Shown piece by piece: positions 45,944 to 55,911 of a stretch of 64,000 bases of DNA. Every line of letters starts with the position of its first letter. The stretch's first letter is position 1. Made by a program: the position numbers and the translations under genes. The notes beneath the pieces were generated by a model. The model did no database searches. It saw nothing but the letters and a program-made list of their open reading frames with translations, and had not been told where the DNA came from. The DNA is from Polynucleobacter meluiroseus (GTDB taxonomy: Bacteria; Pseudomonadota; Gammaproteobacteria; Burkholderiales; Burkholderiaceae): positions 11,443-75,442 of the forward strand of contig CAMDKY010000002.1 of assembly GCA_945901245.1 (NCBI GenBank). Reading direction: 5' to 3'.

Positions 45944-47056
45944 ATGAGCACTTCGCATTTGTCCAGCAATACCCAGGCCACGCCGCACTCCGAGTCGCCC
46001 GCAATCTTGATTGTGAAACTCTCCTCGCTGGGGGATGTATTGCATACTCTGCCGATTGTTTGGGATTTGCGCAAACGCTTGCCCCATGCACAAATCGATT
46101 GGATCGTCGAAGAAGCCTATGTGCATTTACTCGAGCCCTTAAAAACAACTAGCACCTTCCGAGGCATTGATCGAATTATTCCAGTGGCTTTTCGGCGCTG
46201 GCGTAAGCAGCTATTTCAGTGGAATACCTGGCGCGAGTTTTTTGCGATGCGCGCCATGCTGCAAGCCGTGCCATACGATGTGGTTTTAGAAACCCAAGGC
46301 TTAATTAAATCGGGCATGGTGTGTGCCTTAGCGCGCAAGTCAGCGCAGGGCGTTGTCACTGGCCTTGCCAATGCCACGCTGCATTCGGGGTATGAGCCGA
46401 TGGCGCGCCGCTTTTATGATGAATCGGTGCAAGTGCCCTTGAGGTGCCATGCGATCGATCGCTCGCGCTGGGTTATGTGTTCGGCATTGGATTGGCCGCT
46501 GTTTGATCGGCGCAGCGAACCGCCCCAGTTTTATCCAGATGAAAAAACCGCAGGGCTAAGCCCATTGATTTTAGAAGGCATGCGCCTGCAGCCTACGGGC
46601 TTACCTGCGCCCTACATCCTGTGCTTTCATGCCACCGCGCGGGCGGCTAAGTGCTGGCCCAATGCCAATTGGATTGCTACTGGCCAAGCTTTATCAAAGC
46701 TAGGCTACCAGTTGATTTTTCCCTGGGGTAGTCCGGCTGAAATGAAAACCAGTGCCCATCTCGCTAGCCAGGTTCCGGGGGCCCTTGTGCCGCGGGCGTT
46801 CTCGATTGAGGAGGCCTATCGCCTGATTGCCCATGCTGCGCTGACGATTGGGGTCGATACGGGTTTAACCCATTTATCGGCTGTTTTGGGCAAGCCCACC
46901 ATTGAAATCTATTGCGACTCGCCGCGCTGGAAGACCGAAGGCTACTGGAGTAGCGCGATTGCCAATTTGGGCGATTTTAAGTCTATTCCGCAAGCCAATG
47001 CCGTGCTTGATCACGCAAGGGTACTGTTAAAAATAGGAAGCAGTCAGGCGGGTTAA
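45944..47056 (+). CDS. waaC: Lipopolysaccharide heptosyltransferase I (GT9)
   Basis: ILIVKLSSLGDVLHTLPIVWDL matches the WaaC N-terminal signature, and the C-terminus carries GVDTGLTHLSAVLGKPT. Confidence 0.8.
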   Translation: MSTSHLSSNTQATPHSESPAILIVKLSSLGDVLHTLPIVWDLRKRLPHAQIDWIVEEAYVHLLEPLKTTSTFRGIDRIIPVAFRRWRKQLFQWNTWREFFAMRAMLQAVPYDVVLETQGLIKSGMVCALARKSAQGVVTGLANATLHSGYEPMARRFYDESVQVPLRCHAIDRSRWVMCSALDWPLFDRRSEPPQFYPDEKTAGLSPLILEGMRLQPTGLPAPYILCFHATARAAKCWPNANWIATGQALSKLGYQLIFPWGSPAEMKTSAHLASQVPGALVPRAFSIEEAYRLIAHAALTIGVDTGLTHLSAVLGKPTIEIYCDSPRWKTEGYWSSAIANLGDFKSIPQANAVLDHARVLLKIGSSQAG

Positions 47057-47096
47057 AAGTAGGCCTTGATTGGGGTGCCTATTCTATAATTGACTG

Positions 47097-48545
47097 ATGT
47101 CTAAAGCCCCCCTTCTTTTGCCGGTTATTTTGTCTGGTGGCGCTGGAACCCGCTTGTGGCCAGTATCGCGTGAGGGGCACCCAAAACCGTTCATGAAATT
47201 GGCGGATGGGCAAAGCCTATTGGAAAAGACGTATTTAAGGGCGGCTTCTTTAGAGCGATGTCTGCGCGTAGATGGTTTTCCTACTGTGATGACGGTCACC
47301 AATACGGAGTACTACTTTTTATCGCGCGATGTTCAGACTAAGGCAAATATCCATAGCCTGTTCTTATTAGAACCGTTTGCGCGTAATACCGCAGCAGCCA
47401 TTGCCTTGGCTACCCATCAAGCTATCAGTCGCTTTGGCAAGGATATTGTTTTGCTGATCTTGCCAGCCGATCACCTCATTGGCGACTTAAGGCAGTTTGA
47501 TGCGGCAGTTAGTACGGCATTGGATTTGGCGCAGCAAGGTTATCTGGTCACATTTGGCATCACACCAACGACTCCAGAAACGGGTTTTGGTTACATTGAA
47601 TACGGACACGATTTAGGCGGCGGTAAAAAAGTCTCACGCTTTGTTGAAAAGCCCAGCTTGGATAAAGCGCAGAAGTATATGGCCGCCGGAAATTACCTAT
47701 GGAATTCGGGTATGTTCTGTTTTGGCGCCGCAGCTTTGCTGGAACAAATGCAGCGCTGGGCGCCAACCGTAGCAGCCAGCGTTCAAGCGTGTTGGGACGC
47801 GACTGGATCTCAAGATCAAGTGGACTCGGCAGTTGAAATTCCAGCCTCCTTTTTTGAAAGTGTGCCGAGCATTTCAATTGATTATGCTTTGATGGAGCAC
47901 TCCGATAAGGTTGTGGTGGTGGAGGGCGGCTTTACCTGGAATGACATTGGCTCTTGGGCCGCAGTACGGGATTTGGCGCTTCCAGATGCTCAAGGCAACC
48001 GCGCCTTGGGGGAGTGCATTTTCGTTGATACGAGCAATACCTTTGTGCAGTCTGAAGACCGCTTAGTGGCTACCGTTGGCCTCAAAGACATAATGATTAT
48101 CGACACCCCCGATGCGCTCTTGGTGGTCGATGCCAATCGCTCGCAGGACGTTAAAAGCGTGGTCTCGGAACTCAAATTGGCCGATCACCACATCGCTAAA
48201 TTACATAAAACCGTATCGCGTCCCTGGGGCACCTATACGGTTTTAGAAGAAGGCACGAACTTTAAAATTAAGCGGATTGAAGTCAAACCAAAAGGGCGTC
48301 TGAGCTTGCAAATGCACCACCACCGCAGCGAGCATTGGGTGGTAGTGAGTGGCCTGGCAAAAGTAGTCAATGGTGAAAAGACGCTGACCCTGGCAATGAA
48401 TGAATCAACCTATATTCCTGCAGGGCATAAACACCGCTTAGAGAATATTGGTTCTGAGGTCTTGGTCCTGATTGAGGTGCAATCGGGTTCGTATACCGGA
48501 GAAGATGACATCATTCGCTTTGATGATGAATATGGCCGTGAATAA
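47097..48545 (+). CDS. manC: Bifunctional mannose-1-phosphate guanylyltransferase / mannose-6-phosphate isomerase (type II PMI-GMP)
   Basis: PVILSGGAGTRLWPVSR, FVEKP, and a C-terminal cupin (RPWGTYTVLEEG...HHHRSEHWVVVSG). Confidence 0.9.
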   Translation: MSKAPLLLPVILSGGAGTRLWPVSREGHPKPFMKLADGQSLLEKTYLRAASLERCLRVDGFPTVMTVTNTEYYFLSRDVQTKANIHSLFLLEPFARNTAAAIALATHQAISRFGKDIVLLILPADHLIGDLRQFDAAVSTALDLAQQGYLVTFGITPTTPETGFGYIEYGHDLGGGKKVSRFVEKPSLDKAQKYMAAGNYLWNSGMFCFGAAALLEQMQRWAPTVAASVQACWDATGSQDQVDSAVEIPASFFESVPSISIDYALMEHSDKVVVVEGGFTWNDIGSWAAVRDLALPDAQGNRALGECIFVDTSNTFVQSEDRLVATVGLKDIMIIDTPDALLVVDANRSQDVKSVVSELKLADHHIAKLHKTVSRPWGTYTVLEEGTNFKIKRIEVKPKGRLSLQMHHHRSEHWVVVSGLAKVVNGEKTLTLAMNESTYIPAGHKHRLENIGSEVLVLIEVQSGSYTGEDDIIRFDDEYGRE

Positions 48546-48566
48546 GCGCGGCCAGCGACAGTCTAA

Positions 48567-49628
<1,062 letters not shown>

Positions 49629-49629
49629 T

Positions 49630-50484
49630 ATGCGACTACTGCTGACTGGCGCAGATGGGTTTACGGGCGTTCACCTAAGCCAAGCCGCCAGGCAAGCCGG
49701 CTATGCGGTTTTTTCACTAACGGCGCAATTAGAGAATCGCCAAGAGCTGCAAGCATGCGTCAATGAAGTGCAGCCAACCCATGTGATTCATTTGGCAGCC
49801 ATTAGCCATGTCACGCACGACGATAACCTCGCCTATTACCAAACCAATCTGTTAGGCAGTCTGGATTTATTAGAGGTACTCAGTACTCTAGGGAGCCCGC
49901 CCCAAAAAGTGATTTTGGCAAGTTCTGCCAATGTGTATGGCAATACGGAGCAGTCCCCGATTTTGGAAAGCCAGCCGCCAGCACCGGTAAACCACTATGC
50001 GATGAGTAAGCTCGCAATGGAATTGTTATCCCGCAATTTTGATGCACGCCTGCCGATCGTGATCACTCGCCCCTTTAATTACACTGGCGTTGGCCACGGC
50101 GCCCACTTTGTGATTCCCAAAATTGTGGATCATTTTGCGCGTAAAGCCGATGTGATTGAGCTGGGTAATGTGGATGTCTACCGTGAATACAATGACGTGC
50201 GCGACATTAGCAATCTCTACCTTGCCTTGTTAACGCATGGCCAAGCCGGCAAAACCTATAACCTAGCTTCTGGCCGCACCCACAGCTTGCGCCAAGTGAT
50301 TGCCCAGCTTGAAAGCATGACTGGCCACTCGGTAGCAATTAAAGTCAATCCCCAGTTTGTCAGAAGCAATGAAATCGTGCGGCTGTGCGGTAGTTCGCAG
50401 TGCGTAGAGCAGGCCATTGGGAAGATTGCCTGGCGCCCCCTCGAAGAGACTTTGCAATGGATGCTCAAGGCAAAAGCCCAATGA
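49630..50484 (+). CDS. rmd: GDP-4-keto-6-deoxy-D-mannose reductase (Rmd/Tld-type; product GDP-D-rhamnose or GDP-6-deoxy-D-talose)
   Basis: A 284-aa extended SDR that is collinear, by eye, with P. aeruginosa Rmd (VIHLAA..., YAMSKLAME, RPFNYTGVG, YNLASG). It lies immediately after gmd and lacks the Fcl-type N-terminus. Confidence 0.6.
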   Translation: MRLLLTGADGFTGVHLSQAARQAGYAVFSLTAQLENRQELQACVNEVQPTHVIHLAAISHVTHDDNLAYYQTNLLGSLDLLEVLSTLGSPPQKVILASSANVYGNTEQSPILESQPPAPVNHYAMSKLAMELLSRNFDARLPIVITRPFNYTGVGHGAHFVIPKIVDHFARKADVIELGNVDVYREYNDVRDISNLYLALLTHGQAGKTYNLASGRTHSLRQVIAQLESMTGHSVAIKVNPQFVRSNEIVRLCGSSQCVEQAIGKIAWRPLEETLQWMLKAKAQ

Positions 50485-51455
50485 CCGTTTGCGTGATTCT
50501 TCCGGCCTTTAATGAGGCCCTGACCATCGAGGCCTGCATCGCCGATTTTCATGCGCATCTACCCGATGCGCAAATCTGGGTCATTAATAATCGCTCTACC
50601 GATAACACGGGCAGCATTGCCAGAGCAGCAATGGCTAGGCTGGGCTGCGCAGGCGGCGTCATTGATGAAGCGCGTCCTGGCAAAGGCAATGCGATGCGCC
50701 GCGCGTTTATGGAGATCGATGCCGATGTCTATTTGCTCGCCGATGCAGATATGACCTATCCGGCTTCGCAAGCCTTGAAATTAATTGAGCCCATTACCAG
50801 TGGGGTAGCCGATATGGTGGTGGGCGATCGCCATTCTGCCGGCAACTACGCCGTAGAGAACAAGCGCGCGCTGCATGGTTTTGGCAATCGGTTTGTGCGC
50901 TACCTGATTAATCGCTTATTTAATGCGAGCTTAGTGGACATTATGAGTGGCTATCGCGCGATGTCCAGGCGATTTGTTAAAAACTATCCGATTTTGGTGC
51001 CTGGTTTTGAGATTGAGACCGATATGACCTTGCATGCCCTCGATAAACGCTTTCGGATTATTGAAATTGCAGTGGCCTATAAAGACAGGCCAGAAGGCAG
51101 TTTTTCAAAGCTCAGTACCGTGCGGGATGGCATGCGCGTATTAGCAACCATTGGTAATATTTTGCGCTACTACCGGCCCCTGTTCTTTTTTGGCAGTGCG
51201 GCCATGGTCATCGGCGTTCTGGGTTTGGTAGCGGGCGCTCCCGTAATCGATGATTGGATTCGGCATCGCTACATTTACCATGTTCCTTCTGCAGTGTTGG
51301 CAGCAGGCTTAGAGATTATTGCGATTGTGTTGCTGGCAGTGGGTCTTATTTTAGATTCGATTGCGCACCAAGATAAACGTATATTTGAGCGCGGCTTATT
51401 GCAACAGCAATTGCAACTGCAATCGCAACACAATGAGCGCAAATCCAATCGATGA
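50481..51455 (+). CDS. GT2 polyprenyl-phosphate glycosyltransferase (GtrB/ArnC/DPM-synthase-like)
   Basis: Contains VILPAFNE, a DxD motif (LLADADM), and two C-terminal TM helices (LFFFGSAAMVIGVLGLVAGAPVI; VLAAGLEIIAIVLLAVGLILD). An ATGA overlap with the rmd stop sets the start at 50481; the ORF track begins at 50400. Confidence 0.7.
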   Translation: MTVCVILPAFNEALTIEACIADFHAHLPDAQIWVINNRSTDNTGSIARAAMARLGCAGGVIDEARPGKGNAMRRAFMEIDADVYLLADADMTYPASQALKLIEPITSGVADMVVGDRHSAGNYAVENKRALHGFGNRFVRYLINRLFNASLVDIMSGYRAMSRRFVKNYPILVPGFEIETDMTLHALDKRFRIIEIAVAYKDRPEGSFSKLSTVRDGMRVLATIGNILRYYRPLFFFGSAAMVIGVLGLVAGAPVIDDWIRHRYIYHVPSAVLAAGLEIIAIVLLAVGLILDSIAHQDKRIFERGLLQQQLQLQSQHNERKSNR

Positions 51456-51493
51456 GCCTAGTTCGCAATACTATTTTGCAAGGTTAAGGCGTA

Positions 51494-52186
51494 ATGGCTC
51501 AGATTGAATACAGCGGGCGTGATAATTTAGACGTGATGGCGCACGCCAAAAACTACAATCGGTTTTTGCTAGACCTGGTCTTACAAAATGCGCATCCCAA
51601 TCAATTGATCGTCGACTTTGGCGCAGGCAATGGCACCTTTGCAGGCCCAATTGCAAAATCCCATGATCGCATCGTCTGCATCGAAACCGATCCGACGCTG
51701 TGCGCTGCCTTGCAAAGCCAGGGCCTTACTGTGGTGAATGATTTAGCGCAATTGGCGGATGGCAGTGTTGACTATCTCTATTCCCTGAATGTACTCGAGC
51801 ACATTGAAGATGATGAGGCTATTACCAAGCTGTGGTTTCAAAAAGTGCGACCCGGTGGGCAGATCCTGGTGTTTGTGCCGGCCTTTCAATTTTTATTTAC
51901 GAGCATGGATCGGCACGTGGGTCACCACCGACGGTATACCCGCACTTCGCTAACGCGCGTTATTCAAAAAGCGCAATTTCAGATTACTGACAGCTACTAT
52001 GCAGATAGTGTTGGAGTTTTAGCAACATTGCTCTACAAGGCATTGGATCAAGGTGCTGGCCAGGTGAATGTGCGCATGCTGCGGATCTACGATCAATGGT
52101 GTTTTCCCATTAGCCGATTTTTTGATCGGATTGCCAGACGCTTTATTGGAAAAAACGCCATCGTGCGCGCAGTCAAGCCAGCCTAA
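51494..52186 (+). CDS. Class I SAM-dependent methyltransferase
   Basis: Motif I IVDFGAGNGTF and the post-I/II region LNVLEHIEDD. 230 aa. Confidence 0.75.
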   Translation: MAQIEYSGRDNLDVMAHAKNYNRFLLDLVLQNAHPNQLIVDFGAGNGTFAGPIAKSHDRIVCIETDPTLCAALQSQGLTVVNDLAQLADGSVDYLYSLNVLEHIEDDEAITKLWFQKVRPGGQILVFVPAFQFLFTSMDRHVGHHRRYTRTSLTRVIQKAQFQITDSYYADSVGVLATLLYKALDQGAGQVNVRMLRIYDQWCFPISRFFDRIARRFIGKNAIVRAVKPA

Positions 52187-52256
52187 AAAGTAATTAGAGA
52201 GGGCTACGATCAGCCCGGCGGCCCGAAATACCCACTATTTCTGAGATACTGAGCCC

Positions 52257-54290
52257 ATGAATACTTATGTGGTGTGGCAACGCATCTTGCAGCGTCTGCT
52301 GACCTTTCCATATTTGCTCGCACTGCTGACACTCATTTACGTGGGCGCGTATTTTGTCCTTTCCTTTACCCCGGGCGTCAACCCACTGTATAGCCCGCTG
52401 GGATGGTGGGGCTGGGTGGATCAAGGCTTTTATCTCAAGGCGGCCAACGCCATTTACGCCCTGAATTTTTCTGCCGACCAATACTTTTACCCGCCGCTGT
52501 ATTCCGCCCTAGGTGCGGTATTTTTAGTTTTCTCTAGGGATCATCCGTTTTTTTTGGTCAATCTCATTTGTTTTTTATGGTTTAGCTACGTCTTTATTCG
52601 CTGTTGCGATCTTTATTTTCCGCGTGCGGTGGGCGTCTTTTTATTGTTCGCCAGTACGATTTGCACAATCCTCATTTTTGAAAACTTTGTGGTTCCCTGG
52701 ACCAGCACCTTAAGTACTGCGCTATTGGCTACTGGGATATTGGGTTTAATTTGGGTTGACGAGGTAAAAAGAAATAAACGCAGGGATCTGCCCTGTTGGC
52801 AAGCCTTTGTCGTGGGTCTGAGCCTTGGGTTGATGGTGCCTACTAGACCCGCAGATGCGCTCATTGGCATGGTGGTTGGCTGCGCCTTTATCTGGAGTTA
52901 TTGGACTGTACCTAAAACGGGAGATACTCAAAAGCATCACTTGCGTTTTTTTAGTAGCGCCGTGCTTGGCGCTTTAGTAGGTCCTGCGATTTTTATTGGC
53001 TTTAACCTATGGGTGCATGGCGCGCCCTTAGGAAATTATCTCCAAGTGGCTGGAAGCCATGGATTTTTCGTGGCGGATTTACCCGAAAAATTCTTTTCGA
53101 TATGGTTAAATGCACAGCCCTTGTATGGGGAGGCTAGGGCCGGGCTAATCGCGCGGTATCCGTGGCTACTACTGTCGCTTGCAGGACTGGTATGGATTGC
53201 GCTGCGCGGGGATTTTTTACTGCGCACCTTGGCTTTTGCCATCACGATCTTTTTTTGTTTATATCTACCCTATGGTGATTTACTGCCAAGTGGCTTATGG
53301 CGGTTTTTGAATGTCCATTATTTCAAATGGACCTTTCCCTTCTTTGCTTTATTTGCCTGCATCCTAGTAACTCAAGTGGCGCAAAGCGTACAAAGTAAAG
53401 TGGGCTGGATACTGCCCGCGAGCATCTTGGTCTTGGTGCCTGTATTGCTACTCTCGCTCCAGATGAAAATGACGACCGAACCGCTTGTGGCAAAGCATGA
53501 ATCCGGCAGTAGTCTCGCATTTGAATTACCCCACCAGCCAATCGACTTTATCGATGTAAAAGGGGTAACGGGAAATTTCGATCTTATTTACTTTGGTGAC
53601 CATGGGCTTACCCTCGACGGCCACGCATTAAAAATAAACCGCGATTATCGTTTACTGGATCACGGTACTGATACGCGGATTCTGTTTATTCGGCCTATCG
53701 AGGGTCGCACGCTAATCCTGCGCCCCGATCCCCGTTTGCAGCTGCATTCTGCGCAGCTCAACGCGCAATCGGGCAGCTATCGATTTTCATTGGGCTTGCC
53801 CAGCGTAGCTACGGATGAATCCGCCAGCCCAGTTCCAGCAGCCTATCGCTTGAATCACGTCCTTGATTTTTCAAACCAAGGGCTAAGTCATTTTTATATT
53901 CGGGAGGGCTTTTCGATTGCCGAAAGCCAGGGTCGCTGGACGCTCAATCAGCAAGCACGTATTGATCTGCGCATGATGGATTTATCCCCAGAAAAAAATG
54001 CCCAGTTGGAGCTGACTTTTAGAGCGCTATTGAGTCCAGTCCACGAATGCCAGCGGGTCACGATTAGGCTGAATCAGCAAACGATTGGCAATACACGTCT
54101 GTGCTTGCAAGATCAGGGGGATAAGGCTCAGGACTATGTGTATGCGATTCCTGCCAGCACCATTGGGAAAGGGGGTTTAGTGCAAATCCAGATTGCGACG
54201 CCGGATTCAGTTTCCCCCAGCCAATTAAAAATGAATAGCGATGAGCGTAAGCTCGGGGTCTTTCTTCAGACACTCAAGATCACGCAGTGA
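52257..54290 (+). CDS. Large polytopic membrane protein, GT-C-fold glycosyltransferase candidate with a C-terminal extracytoplasmic domain
   Basis: 677 aa. About 400 aa contain 10 or more hydrophobic helices, with an Asp-containing first loop (WGWVDQGFYLKA), followed by about 270 aa of soluble sequence. It lies downstream of the GtrB-like GT2. Confidence 0.45.
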   Translation: MNTYVVWQRILQRLLTFPYLLALLTLIYVGAYFVLSFTPGVNPLYSPLGWWGWVDQGFYLKAANAIYALNFSADQYFYPPLYSALGAVFLVFSRDHPFFLVNLICFLWFSYVFIRCCDLYFPRAVGVFLLFASTICTILIFENFVVPWTSTLSTALLATGILGLIWVDEVKRNKRRDLPCWQAFVVGLSLGLMVPTRPADALIGMVVGCAFIWSYWTVPKTGDTQKHHLRFFSSAVLGALVGPAIFIGFNLWVHGAPLGNYLQVAGSHGFFVADLPEKFFSIWLNAQPLYGEARAGLIARYPWLLLSLAGLVWIALRGDFLLRTLAFAITIFFCLYLPYGDLLPSGLWRFLNVHYFKWTFPFFALFACILVTQVAQSVQSKVGWILPASILVLVPVLLLSLQMKMTTEPLVAKHESGSSLAFELPHQPIDFIDVKGVTGNFDLIYFGDHGLTLDGHALKINRDYRLLDHGTDTRILFIRPIEGRTLILRPDPRLQLHSAQLNAQSGSYRFSLGLPSVATDESASPVPAAYRLNHVLDFSNQGLSHFYIREGFSIAESQGRWTLNQQARIDLRMMDLSPEKNAQLELTFRALLSPVHECQRVTIRLNQQTIGNTRLCLQDQGDKAQDYVYAIPASTIGKGGLVQIQIATPDSVSPSQLKMNSDERKLGVFLQTLKITQ

Positions 54291-54325
54291 TTTACTCGGT
54301 GCTGCTTGCCGGGGATGCTGGATTA

Positions 54326-55681
54326 TCAGTAAGCCGTCTTGCTGCTAAAGCCATTGAGGATGGTGAGCATGATGATTTTGAAATCAAAGCCGAGCGACCA
54401 ATGGTTGATGTAATACAGGTCAAAGTCAACGCGGGCCTGCATTTTTTCTAAGGTATCGGTTTCGCCGCGAAAACCATTGACCTGGGCCCAGCCCGTGATG
54501 CCGGGCCTGACCTTATGGCGCTGCATATACGAATCAATCAGTGTGCGGTAATGTTCGTTGTGCGCAAGTGCATGTGGACGCGGCCCAACAATCGACATGC
54601 TACCTTGTAGTACATTTAAAAATTGCGGTAATTCATCTAAGGAAGTGCGGCGTAAAAATTTGCCAATCGGCGTAATGCGCGCATCGTCTTTTGTGGCTTG
54701 AATAACCACATCGCCATCATCCAGTGTAGTCATTGTCCTAAATTTATAGACTTTGATTACGTCGCCATTGAGGCCATGCCGCCGTTGTTTAAATAGAACC
54801 GGCCCTGGAGAACCGAGTTTGATCGCAATCGCAATGAGTAACATCAACGGGCTAATGAGCACCAAAATAATCGATCCCAAAATGAGGTCCTCGAGTTTTT
54901 TAAGTGTCCATACGCCGCCATAAAAAGGGTGGTCATTGAGGATGATGAGCGGCGTATTGCCGAGCATCACCCATTGCGATCCGAGTAAATCCGCGATTAA
55001 CACATCAGGAATCAAATAAATGGAGGCGGTAGAGTTACCCAAGGCTTTGATCGCGGCATTGAGTTTGTCTTGCTCTGTTGCGGAATACGCCACAAAAACG
55101 TAATCAATGGTTTTGGTTTGCATGTCGAGCAAAAGACGGTCCAAGTCATCGTAGTGGCCCACGGAAACCAGGCCAGTCCATGGCAATCTTTGAATTTGCT
55201 GTGGCAGTTTATCGGCCACCGACATATTGCCTAAAATCACGTAGGTGCGGGTATTACTCGAGCGGGCACGCAAATAACGCAATACCAATAAAGTGCACAA
55301 TCGCTCCAGTAAAAGCAAACACGGCGCTAGCGCAAACCAGGAAAAGACAATGAGGCGCGAATAATTTAGGGACGCCTTAGTAAGGACGGCCAACAGAATG
55401 AGTAGGGCGCATACGATGACCCAGGCAAGCAGGATTTTGCCAAACACATCCCCATAATTTTCCAGCCGAGAAGAACGGTAGACAGAGCATAGCTCGGCAA
55501 TAAAAAAGTAAAAGACCACCGCCAATAGGCCGGCATATTCATAATCGGCTACGGCGGAAATATCCAAGGCGTGTTTTACAAAAAACAAACTGCACCAGAT
55601 GATGGCAGCATCAAAAATCCGGCTAAGGAGCGAAAACTCAGCGGTGTAGTGCCTTAAGAATCCGTGCTGGCGATTATTCAT
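54326..55681 (-). CDS. Undecaprenyl-phosphate hexose-1-phosphate transferase (WbaP/WcaJ family initiating enzyme)
   Basis: N-terminal TM block plus the C-terminal bacterial sugar transferase domain (PGPVLFKQRRHGLNG, DELPQFLNVLQGSMSIVGPRP). Confidence 0.85.
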   Translation of the reverse strand: MNNRQHGFLRHYTAEFSLLSRIFDAAIIWCSLFFVKHALDISAVADYEYAGLLAVVFYFFIAELCSVYRSSRLENYGDVFGKILLAWVIVCALLILLAVLTKASLNYSRLIVFSWFALAPCLLLLERLCTLLVLRYLRARSSNTRTYVILGNMSVADKLPQQIQRLPWTGLVSVGHYDDLDRLLLDMQTKTIDYVFVAYSATEQDKLNAAIKALGNSTASIYLIPDVLIADLLGSQWVMLGNTPLIILNDHPFYGGVWTLKKLEDLILGSIILVLISPLMLLIAIAIKLGSPGPVLFKQRRHGLNGDVIKVYKFRTMTTLDDGDVVIQATKDDARITPIGKFLRRTSLDELPQFLNVLQGSMSIVGPRPHALAHNEHYRTLIDSYMQRHKVRPGITGWAQVNGFRGETDTLEKMQARVDFDLYYINHWSLGFDFKIIMLTILNGFSSKTAY

Positions 55682-55835
55682 GGGGTATTAAGGCGTATTA
55701 ATTGCGGGCAGTTATTGCGGTGGCTGGAGCATTCCGCATCCATTTATGCAAAAGGGCGCAGCAAGGCGCGGCAGTGGCGTGTACTTTCGTTGCGATAGAT
55801 GCATTCATTCAAGATGGTAGCAGTAAATGGCCGCA

Positions 55836-55861
55836 GGGCGCATTAGGGCGCATTAGGGCGC
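55836..55861. repeat. 10-bp tandem repeat, about 2.6 copies (gggcgcatta)
   Basis: gggcgcatta gggcgcatta gggcgc, read directly in the wbaP/wzx divergent intergenic region. Confidence 0.8.
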
Positions 55862-55911
55862 CGTCGGATGCCAAGGCTTTTTGGGGCGACGGGCCTTAAA
55901 AAACACTGCAA

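Noticed and set aside
47085-47090. TATAAT hexamer 7 nt upstream of the manC ATG (possible leaderless promoter)
   Set aside because: The only TTGATT-like -35 element is 13 nt away, which is too short a spacing. A lone hexamer in AT-containing sequence is not sufficient evidence.
55813-55824. ops/JUMPstart-like element (gatggtagcagt vs GGCGGTAGCGTG) for RfaH-type antitermination
   Set aside because: Only 7 of 12 positions match. RfaH/ops is mainly a feature of Enterobacterales, so I would not call it without a genome-wide motif analysis.
55702-55899. 65-aa ORF (TTG start) in the wbaP/wzx intergenic region
   Set aside because: It has no Shine-Dalgarno sequence and no recognisable motif. It spans the tandem repeat and a GC-rich hairpin, so it is more likely non-coding regulatory DNA.
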